A stretch of DNA of 62,309 bases, the filler included, from Hausera hauseri (lineage: Eukaryota): the NCBI GenBank assembly GCA_046269625.1. It is 13 parts of 13 records of this genome, joined end to end, with 100 filler letters (N's around TTAATTAATTAA, not from the genome) between each part and the next. Parts side by side here need not be neighbours in the genome. Positions count along the whole stretch, not along the records: positions 36,003 to 42,955 come from JBJURY010049108.1; positions 43,056 to 47,920 come from JBJURY010410810.1; positions 48,021 to 53,459 come from JBJURY010254847.1; 10 more parts are not named here. One strand, given 5' to 3'. Positions 37,332 to 50,065 of the stretch are shown here, one piece after another; position 1 is the stretch's first letter; each line of letters begins with the position of its first letter. Below the pieces are notes generated by a model. It had not been told where the DNA came from. It was given only the letters and a program-made list of their open reading frames with translations, and searched no databases. The translations under genes and the position numbers were made by a program.

Positions 37332-37770
37332 AGGTAGCAAATGGGAAATCTGCACTACCCCCCGGGGGTGTGCGAATCGATAAAATCAATATGGCACATG
37401 TGCCAATCGATAGTGCACATGGAGCACTATCGAACGATAGTGTGCTAGACGACGGTGCCGTTAGGTACCGTTGCTAGGCACTTTTTTGCACATTTCACAA
37501 ATCGATAGCTGCACATTGCACAATTGGTCGAATCGATCGGGACAAAGTGCTAATCGATAGTGCACATCAAGGCGCATCTTGATATGCACTGTGCAGGTGC
37601 GCAGCACATGTGCAAGTGTGCAAACATCAATAATATCGGTTTTCCGATAATTCCAATATTGATGATTAGCACATGGCACCGGGTGAAATCGATTGGAAAT
37701 ACGCTGCGCTATGTGAATGTGCAATTAGAATTTAAATCAATCGAGTAGATTTCGAATAATATCGATCAAA
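37332..37770 (+). repeat. Polinton terminal repeat (element end) with nested hairpins
   Basis: Starts AGGTAGCAAATGG..CCCCCCGGGGG; hairpins CGATAGTGC-ACATGGA-GCACTATCG and ACGGTGCC-GTTA-GGTACCGT; homologous to 24535-24947. Confidence 0.8.
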
Positions 37771-38676
37771 AGTGCAACTGGTACAGACTTCCCATAGGTT
37801 TTTTAGGTCCCAAGGAGTCAAAATTCGACAAATGTTTAAGAGGGAACAGATAGGACATGCCACATTCTAACTTGGGTCTTCCATTTCAGATTTCCAACAT
37901 TCGGTGCAGAACTCGAATAAATATCGATTTTCACCGAATAGTATCGATTTTCTTGACACCCATAAATTTTTTGAAAAATCTGAGAGAGCCAGTCGATTCG
38001 CAATGTCTTAATGCATCTATATAGCACTTTTCAAATGTGTCGCACATGATCAAGTGTGCTTTAATCAGTAATAACGGTTACTTGATTTTAGCACACAAGC
38101 AAGTGGAAATCGAAAGATGTAAAAGCGTACACACATAGAAACTAACATGTGCTGTATCTGATTGTGACATCAGATATTCGAAAACTCTAATGCAAGTCGA
38201 AATTTTCGAATAATTGCTTTTCTAGTCAAATAAAAGCAAAAATCGAAAAATCTAAAAGCGTAGAGGGGTAGAAACCCATATATGACTTCAGATATTCTAA
38301 AAAAGGCTTAAATAAAAACCAGATTTTTCGATCTAATTTGAATATTCGAATAGTACCATCGGATTGCACTTGTCCAAAAACCTTTGTAGACCAAAAATAG
38401 GGTGTGCCAATTGTTTGGACCAGTCTTGAAATTAATAAAACATTGAAAAATTCAATATTGTTCGGTCAAGCATGCATTATTGGAACAATCTGATCACTCC
38501 ATTCGACTGCCCATGTATGAAAACCTATTTAGCGCCCAAGTGCAATTAATTTATTTGATGAATTAAAACGAAGTGTTCTAGAATGTTCGAAAATTCAACA
38601 TTAAAAAAATTCATAAATGAGGCAGTATGCGTTTATATGGCTATATGTTTCATTATTTTCAAATTTACTTCCACGA

Positions 38677-41600
38677 ACGGTGAGATTTTTATTTGTAATC
38701 CCCAAATAATTTGTTGATTTTTAGGTGTGCAATCTATACAAACAGTGCTTGGCTCAAATCCAAGAGCCAGAAAATTGCCACAACGTTATGCAGAAATACT
38801 TCAGCCATCTATACAACAGGGCTGAGTATTATATATGCCCTACATGTGAGGTAGTTTGCCAGACTAAATATGAAGACTTTTACAATGTCCATAAACAACA
38901 CCTAATTCCCTTCACCAAGTCGAAAACAAATATTCAATACCACTATGCCAATAATGACTTTCATGCCTAAGCAAAATCAAAGATGCAGTTCATACGTGTA
39001 TTGCACATGTGCAGTACACAACCCTCAGAACTGTCATAATATTATGAGGAGCTATTATGGAAACAAATTCAATAGGATCCTCTATTATATATTTCCAGAA
39101 TGTGAGACTGTATGCGGCGCAGATTACATACAGTTCTATTATGATCACAAACATCATTTGAGTCACTTTGCATCAAAGTCAAAGGCCATCTTTAATGAGC
39201 AACATAATCTTGATGCATCTGCTTCGCAGTATGATGCTTCTCAGTATTCTGCTTCGCATTATGCTGCTGGATCTGGTGCAGCAGCTGCGAAGCATAATAG
39301 AGAATTGAAATGCGCAGCCGCATCATGCGCAGCAGAATCAGGCACAGCCACATCAGACGCGGCGGTTCCATCAAAAAGCCAAAGGCAGCAGCCAATTGAT
39401 GTGGCAACATTAAAGAGAAAATGCCGCAAATATGTTATTGAGGCAACTGGTCAAACAACCCTCCAAGACTTCCTCTTATACAAAAAGGACGAGACAGATG
39501 GGATTCTTCAGGACAACATGGCTGGGCTCAAAGCCCTTAATGTGAATATGAAACTGGAGGACACATACATCAATGTTCATGGCGAAGAATCCAATAGGAC
39601 CTTCAAGACCAAAACTAGACCCATACTGGAAAACACCAATATAGCAGAATGGATGCAAGAGGCGCACGAGAATCTGATCCGTGAAGCCGGGTAGAGCCAG
39701 GATAAGAAGCGCGGATGGACTCTGGCAACCATTAGAAGATTGATTGTATATGTTAACAAGTACTCTCCCATGCGGGACAGTTCATATATTCAGCTCCATG
39801 ATTGGATCGCTAATAAAAAGCATGTGTCAATGTCCATAATAACGACGTGTTTCATGTATGCCATTCTATGAAAACTCGTAACGGATCAAAATCATGCTTC
39901 TCGAGTTTGGCTATATAAGGATGTGCAGCACAACTATGACTTCCAATGTATCAAGTTCCCTCCATCCATAGATGAAGTTAAAAAATTTGGAAAAGTCAAC
40001 ATGTGCATCAATATCTTGGGATTGGATGAGGATGATAAATTCTATCCCCTGCAGATATGTGATGCTGAATCGGAAGATCATAGAGATCTGCTCCTACTAG
40101 ATGATGGAAAAAAGAAACATAATGTTTGGATCAACGACTTTGAGCGGCTAGTCAGATCACAAATTACGAAACATCATGGATAAATAGAAATATGTAAACG
40201 ATGCTTGTCCCATTTCAGTGGTAAGTTAGCTGTGGAGAAGCTGAAGGAGTACAAGATGTACTGCAACAACAATTATTGTATCAGGCCAGATTTCCCCAAG
40301 GAGGACTACATTGAATTCAGGGAGTTCGAGAAGATCAAGGTTCCAATAGTTATTTATTGCGACTTTGAGGCTATTTTGCGCCCAGTACATATTTTCAGCC
40401 CTAATCTCCAACACAGCAGCACAACGGTATACCAATATCATGAACTTTAATCATATTGCATGTATGCCAAAGGACTGGATAGTGAACCATATCTATTCAG
40501 GGGTCGAGGCGCAGCAGCTCATTTCATGAAACGACTTGAAGATATGGCTGATAGGATTGGAGATATGCAGCAGCAGCATAAGGATACAATGAGCATGTCG
40601 AAGCAGCAAGAAGAATGGCTCAAGGCAACAACATGTTACTTGTGCCCCAAATCATTCACTAAGGATAATTATAAATTCAGGGATCATTGCCATTTTACAG
40701 GCAAATATCGGGGCGCGGCATGCAACAACGCAATCTGCGTTGCAAAACATGTACCTATGTGCCTGTAGTGTTCCATAATCTCAGTGGCTATGATTCTCAT
40801 TTAATTGTTCGGGAACTGGGCAGCATTGAAAAAATATTGATGTGATCCCTAATAGTGAGGAAAAATACATCACCTTTACAAAGCATGTTGGAAAAATCAG
40901 CCTTTGCTTCATGGATAGTTTCCGTTTCATGTCGTCTTCACTTGACAGTTTAGTGACGAACCTCCCTGCAGAAGAACTCAATGATACAATGCGGTTCATC
41001 CTCGTGACATTTGACCTCGTCAAGAGGAAAGGCATGTTTCCCCATGATTACATAACCTCATGGAAAACACTGGATGAGACGTCATTGCCGGCCAGGAAGG
41101 ACTTGCACAATACTCTCTCTGATTGCGATATCAGTGATATGGACTACCAGCATACCCAGAACGTCTGGCATTCATTCAAATGCCGAAAATTAGGGGAATA
41201 CAGCGACATATAGACGGACGAGAATACAGACGGACGTGCTGCTGCTGCTGACGGGTATCTTTGACAGTTTTAGGGATGTTACGATAAAGAGTCATGCATT
41301 GGATCCAGCTCACTTCTTTACGGCTCCGAGAATGAATTGGGCAACTATGCTAAGATACACCGGTATTAGGCTGCAGATAATAAAGGATTACGACATGATC
41401 CTCATGATTGAGAGGCATTAAATGCGGAATATTTCAGGCCATCCACCGGTATAGTGAGGCCAGCAACAAATATATGGTCCAGTATGATCCATCCAAGGAA
41501 TTCTCATATATGTCATGTCTGGATGCCAACAACGTATATGGATGGACAATAAACGCCCCATTGCCATATGATGACCTCAAGTGGGTCAGGCATCATGAGA

Positions 41601-42702
41601 ACATCGCTATACTGGACCTGGATCCCACTGGAGATACGGACTACATACTGAAGGTGGATATGTAATATCCGGCTTCTATCCATACAAGGCATCAACAGCT
41701 ACCTTTTCTCCCTCAGAGCAAGCCTCTGCCCCATGGAAAGCATAGAAAGCTGCTTTGCCATCTGGATAGTAGGCAGAGGTATGTAGTCCACTACGTAAAT
41801 CTCCAGCAGGCAGTCAGGAATGAAATCAGCATTACTAAGATTCATCGGGCCTTGCAGTTTAGCCAGTTTAACTGGCTGCAGCCCTACATAGATCTCAATC
41901 CCAAGCCAAGAACGAATTTCAGAAGGACAATTTCAAACTTTACAACAACAGCGTTTTTGGCAAGACCATGGAGAATATCTGCAACAGAATCAACATGGAA
42001 TTGGTCTCTGAGTGGAAGCGGGCACAGAAGTTCATTGCCGAGCACAATTTCCACAGCAGCATCATATATGCGGAGAACTTGGTCAGCATCCATATGCTGA
42101 AAACATCCTTGCAATTTAACAAGCACATATGTGTGGGTATGGCAATACTGGACCTGTCAAAGACCTTGATGTACAAATTTCATTATGACATTATGGTCCC
42201 CACATTCAAGTCCATACAGCTGATGTACATAGATGCTGATAGTTTCATCTATCAGATCCACATGGAGGACATTTATGAGGACTTTGCTAAGTTGCCACAG
42301 CATACGGATACATTTGACTATTTGAAGGATCATCCCAACTATTCAGTTACCAACAAAACGGTTCTGTGGAAATTCAAAGACGAGATGAATGGAGCAATCA
42401 TGTCGAAATTTGTGGCTCTTGGGTCCAAAATGTATGCTATTGATAAATGTAACCAAGTAAAGAAGCGGGCTAAAGGGGTTCAAAGGGAGACTTTAGCCAA
42501 GAAGAATGGCTTCAATGACTATGTGAGAGTTCTGCATGAGCAGATTCATATCATATCAGAGATGCGCAGAATCCAATCTAGGGATCATAAAATTGAGACA
42601 GTAACAATACAGAAAAATAGCCTAGATTGAATGGATGAAGAAAGGCAGATCCTGGGTGATGGAATAAGCACACTACCTCACGGGCATGTTGCATTAATGT
42701 AA
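38677..42702 (+). pseudogene. Polinton-type pPolB, copy D (full length, disrupted)
   Basis: Intron 38680-38724; two Cys/His repeats; YCDFEA (Exo I), DHCHFTGKYRGAAC, LDANNVYGW, NNSVFGKTMEN, YIDADS, KRAKGV and TLPHGH before the stop. Confidence 0.95.
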
Positions 42703-43214
42703 ATATCTTTGTTATGACGTGTTGTATTTTTTGTATTAATAAATCTGATAAAAAATATCGTGTTGTCTTCTTGATCACGTAATGTTAGATATAGGATAAG
42801 GACAAGTAAATAAATCAATAAATTTGAAATTAAAATAAGAAATCAATGCAGAGTGTCATTTACTTGTATTAATCTGTCATTATTTCCAAATGGCAAAAAC
42901 ATGTCCAATCTGTCTGGAGGAGATGACAGAAAAGACGATGCGTATTGCTATTTGCNNNNNNNNNNNNNNNNNNNNNNNNNNNNNNNNNNNNNNNNNNNNT
43001 TAATTAATTAANNNNNNNNNNNNNNNNNNNNNNNNNNNNNNNNNNNNNNNNNNNNCCCAATACATTCTATCTATATAATTCCTATGCCACATACATACTC
43101 CTGTGTATTACCTGCACATTACTTATATTAGCCAAATATTGCTTGCATTTTACACACACAGATATATATCTGCGATATACCTTATCTCAGGTTAGTTGCA
43201 CTTTACAAGCACAG

Positions 43215-43445
43215 ACATGCACATGCACACCATATATCTTAATCATTCATTTCTGAAGTTACTCGCATTTTACCCACCCACACACACGCACACAAACACA
43301 TTCATAAGCCATATATATTAATCATTCATTTCTCAAGTTACTCGCATTTTATCCACACACACGCACAGTCAAAACACACACACGAGACATATTTGAGTCA
43401 ATTCATTTCCCAAGTTACTTAATTTTACCCATAAAAACACACACT
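43215..43445. repeat. Three ~80-bp tandem units with (CA)n tracts
   Basis: ATCATTCATTTCT(G/C)AAGTTACTCGCATTTTA..CACACAC at ~43242, ~43321 and, more diverged, ~43398. Confidence 0.8.
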
Positions 43446-43631
43446 ATAAAAGTGTTTAGCGTTTTGTCAAAGTTATATTGTTACTAAATTAATGTATTAT
43501 GAAATTTGTTGGTCATAACCTATGCAGAAGTTGCTTAGTTTTACTTGGTATTATCCTATATTCCACATTACTTGATCAAGAAGACAAAATGATATATGTT
43601 TACAAGATTTATTAACAATGAATAACAATAT

Positions 43632-46600
43632 TTACAATGCCATATGTCCGTGAGGTAATGTATAGATTCCATTGCTCAGGATCTGCCTCTTATCATCCAT
43701 TTAATTTAGGATTTTTATGCATTGTTACTGTTTGGATGTTATAATTCCTAGATTGGATCCTTCTCACTTCCGATATGATGTAAGTCTGCTCCTGCAGAAC
43801 TCTCACATAGTCCTCAAAACTGATCTTCTTGGCCAATATGGCCCTTTGAACGCCCTTAGCTCTCTTTTTGATCTGTACACATACGTCTAGAGCATACATT
43901 TTAGATCTGAGAGCTACAAATCTCGAGATGATTGCCCCATTCACCTCGTCTCTGAACTGCCCTAAGACTTTTTTATTGGCAATTGAATATTTGGGATGTT
44001 CCTTCGAATAGTCCGAGGTATCTATGTGTTGAGCCAATTGGTCAAAGTCCTCATAAATGTCCTCAGTATGGATCTGATAGATGAAACTATCAGTATCCAT
44101 GTACATTAGCTGTATGGATTTGAATGTGGGTACCATGATGTCGTAGTGGAATTTGTACATCAAGGCCTTTGATAGATCCAGTATTGCCATACCCACATAT
44201 ATGGGCTTATTGAATACCAATGATGTTTTCAGTATATGGATTCCTACAAGGTTTTCCGTATATATTGTGCTGCTATGAAAGTTAGGCTTGGCAATGAGCT
44301 TCTTTGCCCACTTCCAGTTACATACTAGCTCGATGTTGATCCTGTTGCGGATATTCTCCATGGTCTTGTCAAGAACGCTGTTGTTATATAGTTTGAATTG
44401 TTCTTTCTCAAAGTCGTTCTTGGAATTAGTCCGCAGCTTCGCGTTGAAATCTATGTATGACTGCAGCCACAAAGACTGGCTAAGCTGAAGGACTCTATGG
44501 ATCTTAATATGGAAGTCCATGTCAAACAGCCTGCTGAAGATTGATGTGGTGAACTACATACCTATCCCTATTATCCAGATGACAAAGCAGCTTTCTCTGC
44601 TTTCCATGGGGTGGAAGCCTGCTCTCAAGGAGGAAAGGTAGCTGTTTATGCCTTGTGTGGATGGAAACCGGATATTCCATATCAACCTCCACTATGTATC
44701 CCGTTTCTCCAGTGGGATCCAGGTCCAGTATATTGATGTCTTCGGGATTCTCGACCCATTTGAAGTTATCATATAGCAATGGGGTGCTCATTGCCCATCC
44801 ATACAAGTTGTTGGCATCCAGTTATGATATATATGAGGATTTCTTTGTTGAGTCGTATTCGGCCATATACTTGTTGTTGGCCTCACTATACCGATGAATG
44901 ACTGTCATATTCCGCCTATTATACCTCTCTCGATCATAAAGATCATATCATAATACTTAATGATCTGCAGCTTAATACCAGTATAGCGCAGAATTTCTGC
45001 CCAACTCATTCCTGGAGCCGTAAAGAAATAAGCCGGATCCAATGCATGGCTCTTCATTGTAACATCTCTGAAACTCTCAAAGACGTCTGTCAACAGTAGC
45101 ACATCGGCTTGGAGGTATATATCACTATATTCCCCTATTGTTTTGCATTGGAATGTCTGCCAGACTTTTTGGGCATGCTGGTAGTCCTCATTACTAATAT
45201 CACAGTCCGACAGTTGGCTACAAAAGCCTTCTTTGTCTTGCAATGAGGTCTCATCCAGTGTTTCCCATGAAGTTATAGATTCATGGAGAAACACTCCTTT
45301 CCTTTTAACCAGGTGAAAGCTAATGGGGAAGAATCGGTTTGTCGCCTTGAGTTCTTCTGCAGGCAGGTTCTTCACTAAACTATCCAGTGAAGACGACATG
45401 AAACGAAAGCTGTCTATGAAGCGAAGTCGGATTTTACCAACATGTTTAGTGAAAGTGATACACTTCTCCTCACTGTTTGGGATCACATTTATATGTTGCC
45501 TAATTCCCGGACTATGAAATTGGAATCATAGCCACTGAGATTATGGAACACTACAGGCACATATGTGCATGTTTTGCAGCGAAGATTGCAGTTGTTACAT
45601 TCTGCTCCTTGATATTGCCCTGTAAAAAGGCAGTGATCCTTGACTTTTCAGCTTTCCTTGGTGAAGGACTTGTCGCACAAATAGCACGTTGTTGCCTTGC
45701 GCCATTCTTCTTCTTGTTTCCTCGACATTTTCATATTATCCTTATGCTGATGAAGCATGTTTTCAAGCTTATGAGCCATGTCTTCAAGTCTAGGCATGAA
45801 ATGTGCTGCTGCACCTAGACCTCTGAATAGAAATGGTTCACTGTCCATTCCTTTGGCATACATGCAATACGATAGGCGTTCATGATATTGGCATGCCGTT
45901 GTGCTGATATGTTGAGTACTGGGAGTGCATGTCTGAACTGGCCTGAGAATAGCTTCAAAGTCACAATAGACGACAATTGGGACCTTGAGCTTCTTCTCGA
46001 ACTCCTTGAATTTAATATAGTCCTCCTTGGGAAATTCTGACCTTACACAATAATTGTTGCTGCAGGAGATTTTATGCTCCGGAAGCTTGTTCGCTGCTGC
46101 ATCACCACTGAAATGAGTCAAGCATCACTTACATATCTAAATTTTCCCATGATGTTTTGTAATTTGAGATCTTACTAGACATTCCAAATTCTTTATTCGT
46201 ACGTAATGTTTCTTTTCTCCATCGTCTATTAGGAGCAGATCCCTATGATCTTCCAATTCATTAACATATATTGGCATGGGATAGAATTTATCTTCCGCAC
46301 CCAATCCAAGGATGTTGGTTGATATGTTGTCGATTCAACTGAACTTCTTGATTTCATGCAAGGATGGAGGGAATGTGATACACGGGAAGTCATAGTTGTG
46401 CTGCACGTCCTTATATAGCCAAACTCGTGAAGCATTATGTTGATCCGGTACGAGTTTTGATAGAATGGCAGACGTGAAACACTTGTCGTTTTTATTGACA
46501 TTAATGCAGGCGTTTTTCTGTCGAATCCATTCTGGAAGCTGTATATATGAACCACCGCATGAGAAGAATCTGTACAGACGCACAATCAGCATCTTGATAG

Positions 46601-47613
46601 TTGCCAGAGTCCATCCGCTCTTCTTACACTGGCTCTCATCGGCTTCAGTAATCACTTTCGCGTGCTCTTCATGCAGCTTTTCCTCTATATTGGAGGCTTC
46701 AAAAATTGGCCTGTTTCTGGTCTTGAAGGCCCTTTTGGACTTCGCCATCAACATTGACATATGTTGCCTCAAGTTTCATATTAACCTTAAGGGCCTTGAG
46801 GTCAGCTATGTTGTCCTGGAGAATCCCTTTTGTTTCTTCCTCTGTGTACTCCAGGAGCTCCTTGATGGTTGTTTGACCAGTTGCATCAATGACATATTTG
46901 CGGAATTTTCTCGTTCATACTGCAGCACTAACTGACCGCTGTCTTCGGCTTTTTGGTGGAGCCGCTACGTCTGATGTGCCTGATGCGCCTGGTGGGCCCG
47001 ATGCGCGTTTTAGTCCTGAAGCTGAATGTACTGCTGCATCTGGCTGTGGTACTGCTACTGCAGGTTGTGCTACTGTAAATGGCTTATGTTCATTAAGGAT
47101 GATCTTCTTTGACTTTGATGCGACGTCAGTCAAATGATGTTTGTGATCTTCATAAAACTGTATTTATTCAACATCACATACAGTCTCACATCCTGGGCAA
47201 ATATAATAGAGGATCCTATTGAATTTGTGTCCATAATAGCTCCTCATAGTATTGTGGCAATTCTGAGGGTTGTGTATTGTACATGTGCAATACACTTATG
47301 AACTGCATCCTTGATTTTTCTTTGGCATGAATGTTGTTATTGGCATATTGGTACTGAATATTTTTTTCGCCTTCGTGAAGGGAATTAAGTGCTGTTTATG
47401 GACATTGTAAAAGTCTTCCTAATTGGTTTGGCACACTACCTCACATTTAAGGCATATATAATACTGAACCCTCTTGTATAGATGATTAAAGTACTTTTTC
47501 ATATTACTGTGGCAATTTTCAGGCTCATGGATTTGAGCCAAGCATTGTCTGTAAAGTTTGCACATCTAAAAATCAACCAATTATTTGAGGAGCACAATTA
47601 AAAAACTCATCAT
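43632..47613 (-). pseudogene. Polinton-type pPolB, copy E (full length, disrupted)
   Basis: GGSYIQLPEWI..CINVNKNDKCF, YCDFEA, DVLLLTDVF, LYGWAMS, KLYNNSV..KTMEN, YMDTDS, ALRSKMY and KRAKGV. Confidence 0.95.
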
Positions 47614-48020
47614 TCGTTGAAGTGATTTTGGAAATAATGAAAAAATATATCCATATCACCATGTACTGCCCCGCTTATTGATTGGTTTTAATGCACTTTT
47701 CTTTTAATTCATCAAATAATTTAAATGCATTGCGGCAACAAATTCGATTTACATATAAGTTTTCATATATGGGGATTCGAATGACGTCATTAGATTCTTC
47801 GAATGATGCATTCTTGACCGAACATTCGAATTCAAATAGCTAAATATTCGACTTAAAAGCTTCAATTCGAATATCTAAGATCATATTCCAATTCGTCATA
47901 TATGCTTTCCTATCATTGCTNNNNNNNNNNNNNNNNNNNNNNNNNNNNNNNNNNNNNNNNNNNNTTAATTAATTAANNNNNNNNNNNNNNNNNNNNNNNN
48001 NNNNNNNNNNNNNNNNNNNN

Positions 48021-48830
48021 TTCGTGAAATACGATCTTCCGTCCTCTATCGATGTATATCGGCCGCCTTGACTCGTATTGAAGGCTTCGATTCCTCTTAC
48101 CCTCTCTATGGTGTTCCTCCTGACCATCGCTTCTATCTCGATCAAATTCTTCAATTCTATGACTGTCCTTTCCGACTTCTTTTCGATAACATGCCTCTCC
48201 CATAGAAGTACAATTGATTTAGGAAGCTTTTCTACGAGGCTTTGATACAATAACCCTCCACGAAGTTCTTCCGTTCTCCCTAAATTCCTCAATCTTACAA
48301 TTATCCCTTCTAGCAACGCTATGAATTCATCCAGTTTTTTAATATATTCCTCCTCTGTTGCCCGAAATCTTATGACCTCGGTCATGAACGCCGCATAACA
48401 ACGTTGCTCACCGCCGTAGTAGGAATCCAGTTTTTCTAGGGATGCCTTGTACCCTTCTTCTGATAGGTCGAAGTTTTCAACCAGCTTTTTCGGCTCGCCG
48501 TATAAACATTGGTTCAATTGCAGCTGTTTATATATTTCACACATCGAAGTTTTGTGTATGCACGTATCAAACGTTTTCTTCCACTTATCGTACTCTGTTA
48601 TCAATCCTCCAAATTTCGGTAATTCTAATTTTTGTAGTTTTGGCAATATCACCCTGTCCTTTTTTATTTTTCCGATCTTCCATTGGCGACTATCATTTTA
48701 TTTTCTCGCGAGCTTCTCTCATAGATGATTGCATTGATCTTTTCGTTCTGGTCATCCAATTTCTTTATGTCATTCTCCAATAGTGTGAGGTTTTCCTTTT
48801 TTCTCAACTTCCTTGCCGCGGTGGCTCATA
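48021..48830 (-). pseudogene. Bel/Pao retrotransposon Gag (DUF1759-type)
   Basis: LPKLQKLELPKFGG..YDKW..F..IH..K..L..CL.GE....V..F....Y.....L...YG..VEKLP..W signature. Confidence 0.85.
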
Positions 48831-49224
48831 TAGGCAGCTCCCCTTGAAGCTCAGTAAAGACCTTTTCATATTTTTGATGATACACTTCATATTCTTGGTC
48901 ACTCAGATTCGCATCCATCAACTTCCTTCTAATTGTGGACAAATCATTGATGAATTTACGTCGGTCCGACAATCTATCTGCTAATTCTTCTGCAGTTAAC
49001 TCGCTCCCACCCTTTAGTCGGAGCATTACGTGGACTGTTGAGCCGTGTTTCAGATTTTTCACTTGACCGTCTGTATGTAATGGTTTTCCATCATGTAATA
49101 AAAACGTGTCATTACTTTTCAAGATTTTCTTTACTAGTCCGATCAATTCACAATGTGACTGGACATTAGTTGACTTGACTACGAAATTTCGACCACTACA
49201 GTTTATGATCACCTGTGAGTCCAT
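48826..49224 (-). CDS. Ubiquitin-like domain ending LRLKGG (49224-49006) continuing into a helical segment upstream of the Gag core
   Basis: LLHDGKPL..LKHGSTVHVMLRLKGG versus ubiquitin LIFAGKQL..IQKESTLHLVLRLRGG; the frame continues 59 aa past the GG. Confidence 0.75.
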   Translation of the reverse strand: MDSQVIINCSGRNFVVKSTNVQSHCELIGLVKKILKSNDTFLLHDGKPLHTDGQVKNLKHGSTVHVMLRLKGGSELTAEELADRLSDRRKFINDLSTIRRKLMDANLSDQEYEVYHQKYEKVFTELQGELPI

Positions 49225-50065
49225 TCCTTTAACTCTTGTAGCCGATTTTTCGTTTATTTTCTTCTCATTTACTTCTACTCTTTTCCACCCTATTTTAACC
49301 TTTTTTCATATTCATATACTTTCGCTTTTCTCCATCCTTTTTTAGTTGCTGACCTTCGACATCGTCCGAAGCCTTCTGATTTCTTTTTCCCGATTTTCTG
49401 ATTTTGTTACTTCGTACAGATTGTTCTCAAACACTATTACTTTCTTTCAATTTTTTGTTCTCACGTGTTGCGTCTTTTATAACACAAACAGACGTTTTAT
49501 CTTTGTCCTTTTTACCATGTTTTGTAAACAAGAGTTTTAATTTTTCTGGCCGCGTCACCAATGCTTCGCCTTCAAGGTTGTTTATTCTCCATATATGATT
49601 TTCCTCTACAACCTTTACAGGCTTAGCACGGATCCTCGCGTCATATATACAATAGCGGAGGAACATAAAACCGGCGTCGAGGCGAAGGACATGAAGGATT
49701 CGCAAGACCATCACATCGCATGGTTTGCGCCTACGAATCACGGTGCAGAGCACAAACCACGCTCTGCTACCAACAAATGGAAAATGTACATTGAAGTAAT
49801 ATAATAATTTTCATTTATTTTTACATAATTCACCCTCATAAAGAAATATTATTCCCGTTTTTTCACCTCCCTCATCAAGCTTCATACTTCCCGACACCAA
49901 TCCTCGACAAAACCTGTGTTCCCTTGAAACTAGTTCTCGGAATGTTCCCTTCTCGGGTGATTCCGTCTCCGATCCTTTCATGGTTGAATCTACGGACGAC
50001 TTGGTTCGCTGAGCCCATCGTATCTTTTTTAAATTATTTATTTCCAACTCGCCTCTTTACTACAT

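Noticed and set aside
36188-42702. Transposase plus pPolB as one composite self-synthesizing element
   Set aside because: The transposase is cut mid-gene at the Polinton end and is not beside the other pPolB copies; nested insertion is simpler.
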